A stretch of DNA of 64,000 nt. Source: an uncultured Acidobacteriota bacterium (lineage in GTDB: Bacteria; Acidobacteriota; Terriglobia; UBA7540). The notes below the pieces were generated by a model. The model was not told where the DNA came from and searched no databases. It worked only from the letters and a program-made list of their open reading frames with translations. Shown here in pieces: positions 61,454 through 64,000 of the stretch (positions are counted from its first letter, which is position 1; each line of letters opens with the position of its first letter). The position numbers were made by a program, and so were the translations under genes. The stretch spans positions 1,088,001-1,152,000 of the forward strand of contig CAWDSK010000005.1 of assembly GCA_963804995.1 (NCBI GenBank). Direction: 5' to 3'.

Positions 61454-62164
61454 TCAGAGGGCCTCCTGCCAGGTCTTCCAATCCCGTTTATCAAAATTCC
61501 ACAGCTTTCTTCCCGCCACGACCTTCTTGAATTCCCGGCCGGCGGGAAGTTTCTTACGCGCCGCTGGGTCGAGGTGCTCCGCCAGCAGCGAGTCGAGGGT
61601 TTGGGCATCGTTGGTAGTGGTGGCCTCGATCACCGCGTCATTACCCAGTCCGGCAATCTTTCCACCCACATAACAAACTGTCTCATACATGGAATCGGCA
61701 AAGGCTTCCCCTGTATCGCCACAAACGACCAGGGTTCCCTTCTGCGCCATAAAGCCGGCCATATATCCGCAGCTCCCGGCCACCAGCACCGTGCCGCCTT
61801 TCATTGAGATGCCCAGGCGCGCGGCGGCATCCCCGTGGATGACTACAGTTTCCCCGCGAATGGCCGCAGCCGCGCCATTTCCCGCGCTTCCGCGCACTAC
61901 CACATGGCCATTCATCATGGATTCGGCCAGCCCCCAACCAGCGCTGCCGGCAACTTCGAATTTCGCGCCGTCGACGAGGCCGGCGCAGTAATAGCCGACG
62001 CTGCCGTCGAGTCGCACGGTGACTGGTTCGAGGATGGCAACTCCCAGATTGTGCCGGGCGCCGGGGTTGCGCACCACAATATGCTTCGCGCCCTGTCGAA
62101 TCTGTTGCTTGATTTCGACGTTGATCTCACGGGTGGTCCGGCCCTCGCAGTTTACCTCTCCCAT
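61454..62164 (-). CDS. mgsB: N-methylglutamate synthase subunit B (GXGXG/FwdC-like)
   Basis: NPGARH, GSVGYYCAG, GWGLAESMMNG, GISMKGG, GFMAQKG, DSMYE, RKLWNF. Confidence 0.9.
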   Translation of the reverse strand: MGEVNCEGRTTREINVEIKQQIRQGAKHIVVRNPGARHNLGVAILEPVTVRLDGSVGYYCAGLVDGAKFEVAGSAGWGLAESMMNGHVVVRGSAGNGAAAAIRGETVVIHGDAAARLGISMKGGTVLVAGSCGYMAGFMAQKGTLVVCGDTGEAFADSMYETVCYVGGKIAGLGNDAVIEATTTNDAQTLDSLLAEHLDPAARKKLPAGREFKKVVAGRKLWNFDKRDWKTWQEAL

Positions 62165-63066
62165 ACGCGTACCTCTCCCGCTTGCGCTTCCCGAACGTCG
62201 TAGGCGCCGGGCAAGGCGGAGCGAATGGCGACCTCCTCATTGGCGAGCGCAACAAAGTTCTCCGTCTCCGCCCAGAGCAGCGGTTTTAGAGCAAAGGGAT
62301 CTTTGACGAAACCGAATTGGTTGGCAGTTGCCACCAGGCTACTGAAAGAACCATCGAGGTGTTGCAGCATGGCGCGCAGGGCTGCTTCGAGCGTCAAGCC
62401 TTTGCAGATCTGGTCAGCAAGGTAAATCGCCACCACCTCCGAATCATTTTCCGTGTAGAAACGGACCTTGCGTTGTTCGTAAACCCGGCGGAGTTGGTGA
62501 TAGTTCGTAATATGCCCATTGTGAACAATGGCCAGGTCGGGGAGTTGATGGCTGCCAAAGGGCTGGGAGTGGCTCAGGTCAACTTTGGACTCGGTGGAAA
62601 GCCGTGTGTGGCCAATACCGTGAGTGCCCGTGAGTCCCAAAACACCAAAGGTATGATCCAGGTTGGCAGGGGAGCCCACTTGCTTGATGATTTCGAGTCT
62701 CGACCCCATGCTGACGACTTCGATTTCTTTGTCGAGCGCCTCGATGCGGGCGGCCAGGGCGGGGAGGTCCTCAACTCCCTTAACGACCAGGCGCGCGGAA
62801 TTCCCCTGATTCGAAAACTCGTAATGCCCGCCGAATTTCGAATCGAGAAATCTGGCCAGAGTCTGGGCGAGGGCGGAATGATCCTCCCGGTCACCCAGCT
62901 TGAGCCGCAGCACGCTCTGCTGGTCGGCGCCGGAACCAAACAACGCGACCCCGGCGGAGTCCGGCCCCCGGCAGGCCAGCCCCTCTAACATCGTAATGAG
63001 AATCCGCCCGAGGTTCGAGTTCCGGTTGTCCCGGGTTTTATCGAAGAATCCGGCTATTCCGCACAT
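62152..63066 (-). CDS. mgsA: N-methylglutamate synthase subunit A (class II glutamine amidotransferase)
   Basis: MCGIAG, RGPDSAG, IGHTRLSTES, HNG, TENDSEV, LDGSF, KP. Confidence 0.9.
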   Translation of the reverse strand: MCGIAGFFDKTRDNRNSNLGRILITMLEGLACRGPDSAGVALFGSGADQQSVLRLKLGDREDHSALAQTLARFLDSKFGGHYEFSNQGNSARLVVKGVEDLPALAARIEALDKEIEVVSMGSRLEIIKQVGSPANLDHTFGVLGLTGTHGIGHTRLSTESKVDLSHSQPFGSHQLPDLAIVHNGHITNYHQLRRVYEQRKVRFYTENDSEVVAIYLADQICKGLTLEAALRAMLQHLDGSFSSLVATANQFGFVKDPFALKPLLWAETENFVALANEEVAIRSALPGAYDVREAQAGEVRVWER

Positions 63067-63085
63067 GTAAATTCCCTGAGGATTC

Positions 63086-63118
63086 CAGTATACTAGCAGT
63101 ATACGCGATGGGTTTCAA
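63086..63118 (-). promoter_or_regulatory. Putative sigma70 promoter of the NMG operon overlapped by a tandem operator
   Basis: Minus strand TTGAAA-N17-TAGTAT; CAGTATAC occurs twice (63086-63093 and 63097-63104). Confidence 0.5.
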
Positions 63119-63828
63119 GGTTTTTTGGAGGGATTGTTGCTTCGCTTGAAAAAGACAGGCATTAATTCACCGCAGAGGCGCGGAGACGCGGAGGCACAGA
63201 GCGGCGAGGCCGCAAACAAAAGAGAATCATAGCCCTCTCCGCAGGGGAGAGGGTGGACCGCGGCAGGCGTTCTCACCAGCCGTCGCGGGCCGGATGAGGG
63301 GTCACGTCCCGAGCGGCCCCGCCGCCAACAAAGAATATTCCTTCATCCTCCTCCACACTTCTGCCGATAAACGAAGCGGGGGAGTGTCGGGGGCACTGCG
63401 AGGGGGCCAAGAACGGGAAACGGGACCCGGGGCTCGGTCTGTCGACTCGTCACTCGCCACTGCACTTCCCGAGCCCTGGATTTGCTCCCGTATCCCGTAT
63501 CCCGAGTCCCGTACCCCGGTTCTCCCGCCACTCGCCACTCGTCACTTGTCACTGCCTTTAGCCTTGTGGCAGATGAAGCGGTTCTCGCCGAGCAGGGCCT
63601 GGAGGGCTGGGCGGCGAACCTCGATGCAGAGGATCGCTAATCAGCTACGTGCAATTCCGCAGTCGGCTCTCCAGAAAAAAATCCGGGACTTAACCGAAGA
63701 GGAAACGTCGAACTGGCCACCGACGAGGCTCTCGGTAGGGTCGAGCCGCCGCCCAAGTAGCAGCACCTAAACCCCGGGGAGGAGAAAGGGTACCTGACAC
63801 CCAGAGTGTGGTGTGAGTGAGAGTGAGT

Positions 63829-63968
63829 GGGTAGCCACGGACAGTGCTTTCCTGTCCGTGGGTTCTTCTTTGCAAATAAGGTGATTTCCGGCGAGGGCAG
63901 GCGCTGCGAATTGGGAACGTTGGCGTGAGAAAAGCCCACGGACAGAAATGCACTGTCCGTGGCTACCC
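63829..63968. repeat. GTAG-type REP doublet / MITE
   Basis: GGGTAGCCACGGACAGTGCTTTCCTGTCCGTGGG...CCCACGGACAGAAATGCACTGTCCGTGGCTACCC. Confidence 0.85.
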
Positions 63969-64000
63969 GCTCGAAATCGAGTACGGGGTCCATGCAGCCA

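Noticed and set aside
63294..63993. ORFs of 78-158 aa at the right end
   Set aside because: They run through REP and heptamer repeats and lack recognisable protein features.

Overview
A GC-rich bacterial window, probably Acidobacteriota (inferred from Oar-type TonB-dependent receptors and the palindromic repeat families). It has four zones. (1) 1-23700 is a stress/hypoxia-type island: a multi-PAS/GAF histidine kinase interrupted by a group II intron, FixJ-like, CheY-like and sigma54 regulators with two sigma54 promoters, Pal, Hsp20, several universal stress proteins, a LigD split into three genes with no Ku, glgP and glgX, and several genes broken by short-homology deletions. (2) 23900-36700 holds carbohydrate uptake and degradation genes: GH109, two TonB-dependent receptors (one inactivated by an IS5-family element) and a large secreted discoidin-domain protein. 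(3) 37000-53300 is a mobile-element mosaic: a full-length second copy of the group II intron inserted 2 nt inside the terminus of a truncated IS, an uncharacterised amidohydrolase/HemL-like/LarA-like/MFS operon, a type ISP restriction-modification remnant with an in-frame palindrome, IS1634, a catalytically dead IS200 tnpA, and helicase and GH2 remnants. (4) 53376-63066 is a complete N-methylglutamate (methylamine utilisation) operon in rearranged order. Six +1 frameshifts fall at or beside (C/G)TCGA(C/G) motifs, which suggests methylation-linked base-calling errors rather than real pseudogenes. No rRNA, tRNA or CRISPR array was seen. All family assignments come from motif recognition by eye; no searches were run.
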